Shown here: one piece after another, positions 21,696-30,859 of the stretch
How the letters are laid out: each line of letters begins with the position of its first letter
Numbering within the stretch: the first letter of the stretch is position 1
Assembly: GCA_963737265.1 (NCBI GenBank)
Contig: CAVTRY010000013.1
Location: forward strand, 96,001 to 160,000
DNA: 64,000 nt
Direction: 5' to 3'
Source: an uncultured delta proteobacterium
GTDB lineage: Bacteria > Myxococcota_A > Polyangia > Fen-1088
Notes under the pieces: model-generated
What the model was told of the DNA's origin: nothing
Seen by the model: only the letters and a program-made list of their open reading frames with translations
The model's database searches: none
Translations under genes and position numbers: made by a program

Positions 21696-23516
21696 ATGAA
21701 GTGTTTCCGCCTCGTTCTCGCAGCCGTGACCCTGCTGAGCCCTCTGATGATGTCGTGCGGTTCGTCGGGAACCTCGGGTTCTGGCGGCAATGGTAGCCAT
21801 AGCGGCGGTGGAGGAGGAACGCCCCGTGCCGGATCCGGCGGTACCACGGCGAGCAGCTCTGGCGGCGCCGTCGCCGGGGGCGCGACTGCAACGATCCGCA
21901 GCAGTGGCGGGTCTGGGAGCGGCGGCGTGACAGGCAACGGCGGCGCGACGGGGAACGGCGGCGCGACGGGCAACGGCGGTGTCACGGTCACGGCGGGCGC
22001 CACAGCCTCTGGAGGCGTTTCGGGTTCCGGTGGCTCTACAGACTGGGCCGACACCGGGTCAGGCCGCGGAGCCGCTGGCGCCGCGGGAGGTTCGACCGGC
22101 GCTCAGGGCGGCTCGTCCGGCGGCGGAAGTGGCGGCTCGTCGGGCGGCGCTGTGGATGGCGGAACCCAGGATCAGTACCCGTTGCTCAAGGTGTTGCCTC
22201 TGTTTAGTGCCGCCGATGTCCCGAAGAAAGGTTCCAAAGAATCACCGGATTCCCCGAGGAATTGGCTCGCGCCTGCCGCCCTGCCGACGGTTACCGGCAA
22301 GAGCCCCTCCCAGCATCCCATGCTTTACGTGGGAGAGAGCTACCATCGTATCAACCTCATCAACGAGGGCAAGTTGATTTGGTCGTACGACACACAGGCC
22401 AGCGGGGAACTGGACGACATCTGGATGTTGTCGAATGGCAACGTCCTCTTCACCCACATGTTCTACCTTGAAGAGGTCACGCCGAAGAAGGATGTGGTGT
22501 GGCACTACGACGTTACGGGCGGCGAGGTTCACACCTGCCAACCGATTGGCCTAGACAAGATCCTCTTCGTCCAGAGCCAAGCCCCCAAAGCGCGGGTCAA
22601 GCTGTACAACAAAGTCACCAAGACCTTCGAGATCGATCAAGAGATCAACTCGGGAACCACGGTCCACACTCAATGCCGTCACTTCCGCATGACCAGCAGG
22701 GGCACCTATGTTGCCGCCTACCTGGGCGACAATAGAGTCGTGGAGATGGATAAGGACTTCAAGGAGCTCTGGACGTTCAACGTCCAAGGGCCTTGGTCCG
22801 CCTCCGCCCTCAAGAATGGCAACGTCATCATTCAAAGCGAGCCGCTGGGCGCATCCATCGAAGTGAAAAATGGTACCGAGGTGTGGAGGGTGACCAAGGA
22901 CCAGATCGTGAAGATGCCCGAATTTCCGGCCGGCCAGGTCATGGGCAATACCCAGACCTGCGAGCGTCTGTCTTCGGGCAACACGGTGATGCTTGCCAAT
23001 GGCGGAACCGACCCCACGAACGTCCCCAAGAACGTTCAAGCCGTGGAAGTCACGCCGGCCAAGCAGATCGTGTGGATCCTGCAAGATTGGATCGACCTCG
23101 GTGACGCCACCTCGGCTCAGTTCCTCGACGAGCCTGGATACCCCGAAGTCGGATTGTTGCAGGAGCCGCAAGTCGACCCACATCCATTGGGTACGGAGCC
23201 ACAGACGCGACTGCCGCAATTGGGTGTGCACCCACACGCACCGGCGGTTCCGGCACCGCCGCACGTGTTCGAACCCGTACAAATACTCCCGCATCCTCCA
23301 CAGTTGGAGCTATCACTGCTCCAGTCTCGGCAGATTCCACCGCAACAGTGTCCGCTTGCGCATTGTCCGTCGACTTGGCATGTGGTCGAGCCGTTGGTTG
23401 CGATCCTCGACGTGCAGCTGCCGTCGACGCAAACCTGGCCTGCCCCACAGGGGATCGTCGCCGAAGTATTACAGTGGCCCGTTCCATCGCAAACCGGGGC
23501 GATCTGCGAGGTATAG
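21696..23516 (+). CDS. Lipoprotein with Gly/Ser linker and beta-propeller (arylsulfotransferase-like) domain; native 3' end lost at about 23150
   Basis: Lipobox LMMSC; blades WMLSNGNVLF, EVTPKKDVVW, LKNGNVII, LSSGNTVM. After PGYPEV it reads the antisense of the Cys-rich gene; the paralog ends PGYPEIPGDTNH*. Confidence 0.75.
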   Translation: MKCFRLVLAAVTLLSPLMMSCGSSGTSGSGGNGSHSGGGGGTPRAGSGGTTASSSGGAVAGGATATIRSSGGSGSGGVTGNGGATGNGGATGNGGVTVTAGATASGGVSGSGGSTDWADTGSGRGAAGAAGGSTGAQGGSSGGGSGGSSGGAVDGGTQDQYPLLKVLPLFSAADVPKKGSKESPDSPRNWLAPAALPTVTGKSPSQHPMLYVGESYHRINLINEGKLIWSYDTQASGELDDIWMLSNGNVLFTHMFYLEEVTPKKDVVWHYDVTGGEVHTCQPIGLDKILFVQSQAPKARVKLYNKVTKTFEIDQEINSGTTVHTQCRHFRMTSRGTYVAAYLGDNRVVEMDKDFKELWTFNVQGPWSASALKNGNVIIQSEPLGASIEVKNGTEVWRVTKDQIVKMPEFPAGQVMGNTQTCERLSSGNTVMLANGGTDPTNVPKNVQAVEVTPAKQIVWILQDWIDLGDATSAQFLDEPGYPEVGLLQEPQVDPHPLGTEPQTRLPQLGVHPHAPAVPAPPHVFEPVQILPHPPQLELSLLQSRQIPPQQCPLAHCPSTWHVVEPLVAILDVQLPSTQTWPAPQGIVAEVLQWPVPSQTGAICEV

Positions 23517-24482
23517 CTCGGCGTCGAGCAAGAATTGGCTCCGCAGCTCTTGCTGATGGGTGGATAGCTACAATTGTCGGAAGTGTTGTCGCAACGCCCG
23601 CCACAGGCGCCGTCGGCGGGGTTTGTACACGCGCCTCGGCCCCCCACGGGCTGGCCCGAGGCGACTCGGCTGCAGAGCCCGGTGCTGTCGTTGCAGGTCT
23701 GGCATAGCTCGGCGCATTACGACTGACAGCAATTGCCGTCTGGTGCGCAGAAGCCAGAACTACACTCCGTCCCTGTCGCGCACGTGTTTCCGCTTCCGGC
23801 AGCCTTCTTCAGCGCACAACTGCCGGTAGAGGCACAGTATTGGCCGGTGGGGCAGGAGCTTGCAGTGCAGGAGCCCGTGCATGTCCCACTTCCGTCGGGT
23901 GCGCACGCGCCGCTCCCGCACGGCGACGCATTTTGGGTAGGGCAGGTGCCGCTGCCGTTACAATACGCGGGGGGCGTGTGTTGATTGGCCGAGCAGCTCT
24001 CGTTCTTGCAGACGGTGTCATTGCTGGGCATCTTGCATGACGTAGCGCTGGAACCGTCACAATAGCCCTTGCACTTGTCAGCGCCGCTGCAGGCCGTGCG
24101 AGAGCCCCTGGGGTTTCCGGCGGTGACCGTCAGCCCCTACGATAGTTCCGCCCGCGCCGCTAGTGGCCCCTCCACTTCCCGCACCGCCCGCGCCTGCGAG
24201 AGGTGCATCCGCGAAGGAGGTACCGCCGCCGCCCGCAGCACCCCCGCCGCCGTCGCCCGTCGACGCCGATCCATCGGTTGCGATCTTGCCACCGGATGAA
24301 CTTGGGCTGTCTCCCGGTGAGCCCCCCTTACCGACGCCTCCGCCCACTCCGCCACCGTCGATTTGATTCCCGACCGCGCTGTCGCCCGCTTTGAGGCCAG
24401 CGCCCTGGCCAAAACAGCCTGCCAAGCCGACGACCGACACGGAAGAAAGAACCCACGAGAGTACCGCACCATAAGTTCGCAT
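23117..24482 (-). pseudogene. Myxobacterial Cys-rich repeat lipoprotein, disrupted
   Basis: MRTYGAVLSW..GLAGC lipobox; frameshift or deletion near 24135; in-frame TAA at 23717-23719 (CCQS*CAELC); motifs CSSGFCAPDGNCC, DSSNCGGCGSIC, CTPNCGSRVCG; 3' end fused at about 23150. Confidence 0.8.
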
Positions 24483-24644
24483 TAGAATTTCCCCTTCAGC
24501 ATCACGGACGCCCCGTCGGGGGCAAGGACAGGCAACAGGCATTCTTGGCGGCCTTCTCCTGGGCTTCCCTCGGCTTCGCCTTGTCCGCGGCGGAGGCGGA
24601 GCGGTCGCGGTTGTTATCGAGTCCGGCCCCGCCGCCAAGTCTAA

Positions 24645-25037
24645 ACCTTCAACACCATCTGGGGCTACAGCACACCTGTCTGGTCCGCCGTCTGCCTAAA
24701 AAACGGCAACACGCTCATTCAGGACGAGCAGGACAGCACCGCCAAAGAAGTCAATTCCGCCGGTCAGATCGTCTGGCAATTGTCCAAGGCGGACTTCACC
24801 CTGCCCGCGGGGGCTGGCATGGGCAACACGCAGTCGTGCGAGCGGCTGTCTTCGGGCAACACGGTGATGTTCGGCAATGGCGGAACGAATCCCGGCAACA
24901 TTCAGGCCGTGGAAGTCACCCCTGCCAAAGTGGTCGTGTGGATGCTGCAGGACTGGCAAAACCTGGGCGACGCCACCTCGGCCCAGTTCCTGGATGAGCC
25001 GGGCTACCCGGAGATCCCTGGCGATACAAACCATTAA
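24645..25037 (+). pseudogene. 3' fragment of a paralog of the 21696 beta-propeller lipoprotein
   Basis: WSAVCLKNGNTLIQ..MGNTQSCERLSSGNTVM..QAVEVTPAK..LQDW..LGDATSAQFLDEPGYPE matches about 22760-23147; in-frame stop just upstream and no start or signal peptide. Confidence 0.85.
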
Positions 25038-25138
25038 AGCGCCGCAGCCATAAACCCCACCCTTCCTTTGCGTTGGAAGAGCTTGGGCCTTGTTGTAGCG
25101 CGGTAGCTTGGCGCCGCCCTGCGGCTTCTAGATCCCGG

Positions 25139-25316
25139 ACGGGCCAAGGCCGACCCGGCGCGAGTGAGTTTCGCCGCGTATACTCACGGCCAACAGTGGG
25201 TCGCGCATTCTCCAATTCCTACCTCGCCGGTGAGGACGCGGCACGTGCGTTCTTCGCGCCAGGGTTCCGCGACGGCGAAGTCAGGGTCGCTGCCGCCCGT
25301 CGCGCCAGCGGCCGGT
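25139..25316 (+). repeat. About 180-bp diverged direct repeat, copy 2 (functional bshC promoter and 5' end)
   Basis: Matches 21402..21580; contains TATACT (TATTCT in copy 1) upstream of the GTG at 25196. Confidence 0.92.
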
Positions 25317-26815
25317 TGGTTTCGTCGGCGTTGCTGGAAGTCCTGGCCGAACAGCAAGAACGCCTTCCCGCCAGCACCGCGCGCCAGGCAAATTGGCAGG
25401 CACTGGCCGGTGGCGGCGCCGCGGTGGTCGCGACCGGCCAGCAGGTGGGGCTCTTTTTGGGGCCGCTCTACGCCTTTTACAAAGCAGCCTCGGCCATCGC
25501 GGTGGCGCGCGCGATCGAGGCCGAGTCGGGCGTCCGCTGCGTTCCGCTCTTCTGGTTGCAAACCGAAGACCACGACTTTACCGAGATAGCGAGTTGCACG
25601 GTGGCCGGCCGCGACGGCGAGCCGGTGCGTTTGGCCTTGCCCGACGAACCGGACGGGCAAGGTCGTGTTTCGGTCGCCTATCGCGTCCTCGGACCCGAGG
25701 TCGCGGAGGCCCTGGGCGCGCTGGCCCGGGCGCTCGACCCCGGTCTCGCGGGCGACGAGGTCTTGCAGCTCTTGCGTGCCTGCTATCAGCCGGGGAAGTC
25801 GCTGGCCGGTGCGTTTGCCTCGGCCCTCGCAACCGTGTTCGCCGACGAGGGCCTGCTCATCCTCGATCCGCGCGACGCGCGCCTGGCCGCGCTGGCCACG
25901 CCCATCTATCGATCCGCACTTGAGGATTCCGAGGCCATCGAACGACGCCTCAAGGAGCGACGGGATGCGCTGGCCATGGCGGGGTTCGACGAGCAAGTGG
26001 CGGTGCGCGAACGAGGCGCGCTGGTGTTCTTCCACCGCGACAGTCCGACCGGCCCGCGCTTTCGCCTTCAGCGCCGGCAAGCGGCGTCAGACTGGGAGCT
26101 GGCGGGCAGCTCGGAAATCATCAGCCACGACGATTTGCTGGCGACGCTGGCGTGCGAGCCGTTGCGCTTCTCCACCTCGGCGCTGCTGCGGCCGATGGTT
26201 CAGGATACCCTGCTGCCCACCGTGGCCTACGTGGGCGGACCGGGCGAAATCAACTACTTTGCCCAGCTTGGGCCGCTCTACCAGCACTTCGGCTTGGCGC
26301 CGCCGCTGCTCGTGCCGCGCGCCCGTTTCCGTTTCATCGACGCGCGCACGCGACGCAGGCTTGGACTGCTCGGGTTGCGGGCGGCCGATCTGTCCGCGCC
26401 CGCCATCGAGGCCCGACTAACCGTCGCGCGTCCGCCCGGCTGTCCCGATCCGGTGGAGCTTCGAGCCCTGGTGGCGAGCCAGATCGCACCTGCCGTGGCG
26501 ACGATAACCAGCGCCGTTGCAGCCGACGAGCACCTTCGCCGCCCGGCCCTGCGCGCGCGCGAAAGCGTTGCCTACCGCCTGGAACGATTGATCGATCGCT
26601 ATGCGCGCACGCTGGTAGAGCGCGACGACAACACCAACCGACGTCTGCATCGTGCGAAGCTCGCGCTCTGTCCAAACGGAGTGCCCCAGGAGCGCTTTTA
26701 TGCTTGGCCATCCTTGGCTGGCCGGCTTGGCGTCGCGCGCTTCAAGCAATTGGTTGGGCAAGCGTTGCAGACCGCCGGGCCATTCTCGACCGACATCCAC
26801 GAGCTCCAAGCATGA
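25196..26815 (+). CDS. bshC: Bacillithiol biosynthesis cysteine-adding enzyme
   Basis: VVATGQQVGLFLGPLYAFYKA, PLFWLQTEDHDFTEI, FSTSALLRPMVQDTLLPTVAYVGGPGEINYFAQL, PQER. Confidence 0.93.
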   Translation: MGRAFSNSYLAGEDAARAFFAPGFRDGEVRVAAARRASGRLVSSALLEVLAEQQERLPASTARQANWQALAGGGAAVVATGQQVGLFLGPLYAFYKAASAIAVARAIEAESGVRCVPLFWLQTEDHDFTEIASCTVAGRDGEPVRLALPDEPDGQGRVSVAYRVLGPEVAEALGALARALDPGLAGDEVLQLLRACYQPGKSLAGAFASALATVFADEGLLILDPRDARLAALATPIYRSALEDSEAIERRLKERRDALAMAGFDEQVAVRERGALVFFHRDSPTGPRFRLQRRQAASDWELAGSSEIISHDDLLATLACEPLRFSTSALLRPMVQDTLLPTVAYVGGPGEINYFAQLGPLYQHFGLAPPLLVPRARFRFIDARTRRRLGLLGLRAADLSAPAIEARLTVARPPGCPDPVELRALVASQIAPAVATITSAVAADEHLRRPALRARESVAYRLERLIDRYARTLVERDDNTNRRLHRAKLALCPNGVPQERFYAWPSLAGRLGVARFKQLVGQALQTAGPFSTDIHELQA

Positions 26816-27942
26816 CGCCATCTCGCTCCAGTCTGCGCATCGGCGTCGCGTGTTTTTCCACCTTCGGCGGCAGCGGCGTCATCGCCTCCGAGATCGGCAT
26901 GGCGCTGGGGCGGCGTGGTCACCGCGTGTGCTTTCTCAGCGACAAGCCCCCGGCGCGCTTTGATCTTTCGGCCGCGAATGCTTCCTTTCACGAGGTGGCG
27001 CTGCTCGATTACCCTGTGCTAGCCCATCAGTCCTATGCGCTCGCGCTTACCGCCAAGATGATCGAGGTGGCACGGGCCGAGAAGCTCGATCTCTTTCATC
27101 TCCACTATGCCGTCCCCCACGCGGTCAGCGCGTTTCTGGCCCGGCAAGTGTTGGGCGCCGGTGCGCCGAAGGTCCTGACCACCCTGCACGGAACCGACGT
27201 CACCCAGGTGGGCGCGGATGCACGCTTCCAGCCCCTTACCCAATTCACCGTGCGCATGAGCGACGGCATCACCGCGCCCTCGCGCTGGCTGGCCGAGGAG
27301 GCTTACCGCAACCTCGGCCTTGACGGCGACGTCGTCGAGGTGATCCCCAACTTCGTGGACACGGACAGATTCTGCCCGTCCGCTGCCGCGCCGAAGAATC
27401 CGGCGCTCCCTCGCGTGCTGACCCACACCTCGAACTTCCGGCCGCTCAAACGCCTGGAGGACGTGGTGCGAATTTTCGCCTCGGTGCGGACCCACACTCC
27501 GGCGCGCCTGCAATTGGTGGGTGACGGCCCGGAGCGGCCGCGCATCGAGGCGCTGGTTCATTCCCTCGGCCTGTCCGACTATGTGCGGTTCTTGGGCGAG
27601 CAGGTCAATCTCGTCGAGCTACTGCAAGGGAGCGACGTCTTCCTTTTGCCGAGCAGCACCGAGAGCTTCGGCCTGGCCGCCCTCGAAGCCATGGCCTGCG
27701 GCGTGCCCGTGGTCGCCTCCGACGTCGGCGGCGTATCCGAAGTCGTCAGCAACAGCGAGGTCGGCTTTCTGGCCGGGGTCGGCGACGTGGAGGTCATGGC
27801 CGGCCACGTGATTCGTCTCTTGACTGATGAATCCCTTCACCGTCGCATCTCCCAAGCCGCCCGCCGACGCGCCGAAAGCAAATTCCAATTGGAGCCCGCT
27901 GTCGATCGTTACGAGGCCGCCTTTCGGCGGCTGCTGGCATAG
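26812..27942 (+). CDS. bshA: N-acetyl-alpha-D-glucosaminyl L-malate synthase (GT4)
   Basis: [57 protein letters not shown]; ATGA overlap with bshC. Confidence 0.95.
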   Translation: MTPSRSSLRIGVACFSTFGGSGVIASEIGMALGRRGHRVCFLSDKPPARFDLSAANASFHEVALLDYPVLAHQSYALALTAKMIEVARAEKLDLFHLHYAVPHAVSAFLARQVLGAGAPKVLTTLHGTDVTQVGADARFQPLTQFTVRMSDGITAPSRWLAEEAYRNLGLDGDVVEVIPNFVDTDRFCPSAAAPKNPALPRVLTHTSNFRPLKRLEDVVRIFASVRTHTPARLQLVGDGPERPRIEALVHSLGLSDYVRFLGEQVNLVELLQGSDVFLLPSSTESFGLAALEAMACGVPVVASDVGGVSEVVSNSEVGFLAGVGDVEVMAGHVIRLLTDESLHRRISQAARRRAESKFQLEPAVDRYEAAFRRLLA

Positions 27943-27964
27943 GCAACGCGGTTCGTTGCGGCGT

Positions 27965-28001
27965 TTGGAGACGGGACCCGTGTACACGTATAATGTGCAC
28001 A
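27965..28001 (+). promoter_or_regulatory. Sigma70-like promoter (TTGGAG-N18-TATAAT) overlapped by inverted repeat TGTACAC-N7-GTGCACA
   Basis: TATAAT at 27989-27994 sits inside the imperfect palindrome 27981-28001; ATG follows at 28002. Confidence 0.55.
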
Positions 28002-29003
28002 ATGAACGTGGCTATCTCCATCGACGGCGTGACCGTGGCCGGCCGTCGCAGCGGGGGCGACCTCGGCCGGCGAGTTGCGGCGGCTTTGGGCGGAACACCC
28101 TGGTCAAGATATCGCTTCATCAGCGATCGCCAACCTATAGCCTGGAGTAGCCACACGTCTTTCGGAGCCTTCCCACGTAACTGCTTGCGGCGCGGGTGTC
28201 GTTTGTTTTGCATCCTGCTGCTGTTAAGCGCTTGCGGAAGTCGCCAGACGCCGCCTGCGCAATCGGACGGCGGCGACTTGCTTCCCGACGGCTGTCCAGG
28301 AATCTGCAATGCCGTTACTCCGAGCTACCCGTCGGTTGAAGTGAACGGCGGCACGGGCAATGTCACGATGTACTCCACCGCGCCCAGCAGCGGGGGCGCG
28401 TGCAACTACGGTGCGACGAATGTTCTCTACTACGCCGCCATGAGCGTGAACGTGCAGCCGGGCGACGGCGACGGGCAGTGGCAAGGTGGCCGCATCTGCG
28501 GTCAATGCGTAAATGTCACCGCGCTGACCGCGCAAGGACCCCAATCGGTGGTCGTGCGAATCATGGACAAATGCCCCGATGGATTCTGCGGCATCGACCT
28601 CGGCGGATTAGCGCCCGCGGCGATCATGCTGGACGGCAGCGGCCGCTATGACGGTACGTGGACCTTTGTCTCATGCAAGGGCCATCCCGAGGTTTCGGAC
28701 GGCGTCCCGAGCTTGTTCGTGTTGGCTGGCAGCAACGCCTTCTGGTCGCGGGTGCAAGTGCGCAATCCGCCAGCGGCGGTCGCTTCCATCGCGTGGCAGG
28801 ATGTGGCGGGCGCTGCGCAGGGTTCGTTCCCGTACGCCTCCGATCCGGAGAATTCATTCGAGGTTCCTACGGCGGCATTGCAGTCCACGGCGGCCGAGAT
28901 CAGCATCGCGGTAACCTATACCGACGGCAGCTCAGCTATGGTTCAGGTCGCGCCGGCCGAGCTCGCGGCGCCGAACACGGCCTATCCGCTCGTGGGGCCG
29001 TAG
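28002..29003 (+). CDS. Expansin-like (EXLX1; DPBB + CBM63) lipoprotein; true start may be near 28165
   Basis: GGACNYG, ICGQCVNV, VVVRIMDKCP..C.IDL, SNAFWSRVQVRN; lipobox LLSAC. Confidence 0.85.
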   Translation: MNVAISIDGVTVAGRRSGGDLGRRVAAALGGTPWSRYRFISDRQPIAWSSHTSFGAFPRNCLRRGCRLFCILLLLSACGSRQTPPAQSDGGDLLPDGCPGICNAVTPSYPSVEVNGGTGNVTMYSTAPSSGGACNYGATNVLYYAAMSVNVQPGDGDGQWQGGRICGQCVNVTALTAQGPQSVVVRIMDKCPDGFCGIDLGGLAPAAIMLDGSGRYDGTWTFVSCKGHPEVSDGVPSLFVLAGSNAFWSRVQVRNPPAAVASIAWQDVAGAAQGSFPYASDPENSFEVPTAALQSTAAEISIAVTYTDGSSAMVQVAPAELAAPNTAYPLVGP

Positions 29004-29608
29004 TACGGCGTTCGGCCCGAGGCGTGGTCGGTCGTGTCGACGATTGCCACCACTTCGGGAGCGATCTTGCGAACCATCACTTCGACGCCTTGGCGCAGGG
29101 TCAACTGCGAGGACGCACAGCCCTGGCAGCCGCCGCTCATGGCGATGAGCAAGTTGCCATCCTTGTAGTCGACGAGGGAAATTTTGCCGCCGTGGCCGGC
29201 GATGGATCGGTTGACCTCGCCGTCGAGCAAGCTCTGGATGGCGGCGCGAACCTCGGCGTCCGGGCGGCCCCAGGTTCTTGCGCCAGCGGGCGCTTCGAGA
29301 ATCGCCGGTGCGCCTGAAAGCAATTGTTTACGGATGGTGGCGCCAATCGCTGCTTTCAAATCGGACCAGGGAGCTTCCGCATTCTTTCCCACCGCCACCA
29401 CGTTGTCGGTCACGAGGACGTGCGCAACGCCGGGCAGGGCAAACAACTGCTCGACCAGCGGCGAACCGGCCGCTCGCTCCTTGTTGTCGAAAAAGAACGG
29501 CCCGCCGGCATGCACGGTTCGGCTGACCGTGAATTTACAGGTGTGAGGATCGGCGACCAGCACCTCGGCTCTGATCGTGATGAGGGGAACGGTGTGCGTG
29601 TCAGACAT
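28982..29608 (-). CDS. NifU/NfuA-type Fe-S carrier with N-terminal scaffold (Nfu_N) domain
   Basis: SPLVEQLFALPGV; C-terminal HGGKISLVD..MSGGCQGCASSQLTLRQGVE, DTTDHASG. Confidence 0.9.
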   Translation of the reverse strand: MSDTHTVPLITIRAEVLVADPHTCKFTVSRTVHAGGPFFFDNKERAAGSPLVEQLFALPGVAHVLVTDNVVAVGKNAEAPWSDLKAAIGATIRKQLLSGAPAILEAPAGARTWGRPDAEVRAAIQSLLDGEVNRSIAGHGGKISLVDYKDGNLLIAMSGGCQGCASSQLTLRQGVEVMVRKIAPEVVAIVDTTDHASGRTPYYGPTSG

Positions 29609-30836
29609 CTTCTGCGCTCTCCACCGTGCCGCGCTCGCCGAGCTCGCGCAGCCCCTCGAAGGCATAGATGCCGGTGCTGTGCCCATCGCTCCACTTGACC
29701 GTGATGCCGTAGGTGCCGACGCTGGAAATCGTCACCGGCGCGACGTCGGGCCGCACGCTGCTTGGCTCGAGCAGCGGCCGGCCGCTCATTTCCTCGACGC
29801 ACAGGGCGCACTGGCAGGCCAGGCGAAGATCGCGCACGTCGAATTCGTGGTGCTGGCCGTCTTCCCACAGCAGCGACAGCGTTCGCGGATTGGTTCGCCG
29901 CATGCCAATCGCCGTCGCCTTGGATCCCGACATGAGAGCCGCGCCTTCCTGCCAGCCCGGCCCGGGATCCTGGCCGTCCCACGTCCACACGAACGGCTTG
30001 AGCACGGTGTTTTGCAGGCCCTTGAGCCGGGCCGCAAGCTCGCTGGCGATGCGAATGTAGGCCTGTCCGGCGACGGACTTCGGTTTCTCGATGACAATCG
30101 GATTGCCCGCGTCGCCGCAGGCAACCACGTCGGCATCGAGGGGAATGGAGCCGAGGAAGGGAACGTCGAGCTCTTGGCTCATGCGCGCGCCCCCGCCGCG
30201 GCGGAACACGTCGGTGTCCTTCCCGCAGTGCGGACAGGTGAAGGTGCCCATGTTCTCGATGATGCCCAGAATGGGCACGTGCACCTTCTCGAACATGCGC
30301 AGTCCGCGGCGGGCGATCTTGAGGCTGACGTCCTGTGGGGTGGTCACGATGATGGCGCCCGACAGGGGAAAGTTTTGCGCCAGGGTCAATTGCGTGTCGC
30401 CGGTTCCGGGTGGCAGGTCGATGATGAGGTAGTCGAGCGTGCCCCATTCAACCGCATTGATGAACAGGCCCAAGTATTTGTTCACCATCGGGCCGCGCAG
30501 GATGGCCGGGTTGTCGTCGCCGGTGAGCATGCCCATCGAGATGGCCTTGATGCCGTGGCGCTCGGGTGGAATGATGGTTTCCTTCTCGGTCGCCATGGGC
30601 GGCTGGTTGGTGGGCAGGCCCAACATGCCCGGGATGCTGGGTCCGAGGACGTCGGCATCGACCAGGCCGACGCGACCGCCCACCTGCTGCAAGGCCAGGG
30701 CGAGGTTAACGGCGACGGTGGATTTTCCCACGCCGCCCTTGCCGCTGCCGACCGCGATGACGTGGGTGATGCCGGGAAGTTTTTCAGGCGTGTGGTCTGC
30801 TTGGTCGTGATGGTGATGTGGCTCGCTGGTCGGCAT
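29601..30836 (-). CDS. Mrp/ApbC (NBP35) Fe-S carrier ATPase fused to a C-terminal DUF971-like domain
   Basis: GSGKGGVGKST, DLPPGTGD, VTTPQ, ENM..CPHC; C-terminal LRLACQCALC..VGTYGI.VKWSDGHSTGIY; His-rich N-terminus. Confidence 0.9.
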   Translation of the reverse strand: MPTSEPHHHHDQADHTPEKLPGITHVIAVGSGKGGVGKSTVAVNLALALQQVGGRVGLVDADVLGPSIPGMLGLPTNQPPMATEKETIIPPERHGIKAISMGMLTGDDNPAILRGPMVNKYLGLFINAVEWGTLDYLIIDLPPGTGDTQLTLAQNFPLSGAIIVTTPQDVSLKIARRGLRMFEKVHVPILGIIENMGTFTCPHCGKDTDVFRRGGGARMSQELDVPFLGSIPLDADVVACGDAGNPIVIEKPKSVAGQAYIRIASELAARLKGLQNTVLKPFVWTWDGQDPGPGWQEGAALMSGSKATAIGMRRTNPRTLSLLWEDGQHHEFDVRDLRLACQCALCVEEMSGRPLLEPSSVRPDVAPVTISSVGTYGITVKWSDGHSTGIYAFEGLRELGERGTVESAEDV

Positions 30837-30859
30837 GCGTTCGATCCTTCTGTTACTGC

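Noticed and set aside
23717-23719. Stop-codon recoding at in-frame stops (TAA here, TAG at 9354)
   Set aside because: Both genes carry other lesions, and TAA and TAG end normal genes in this window.
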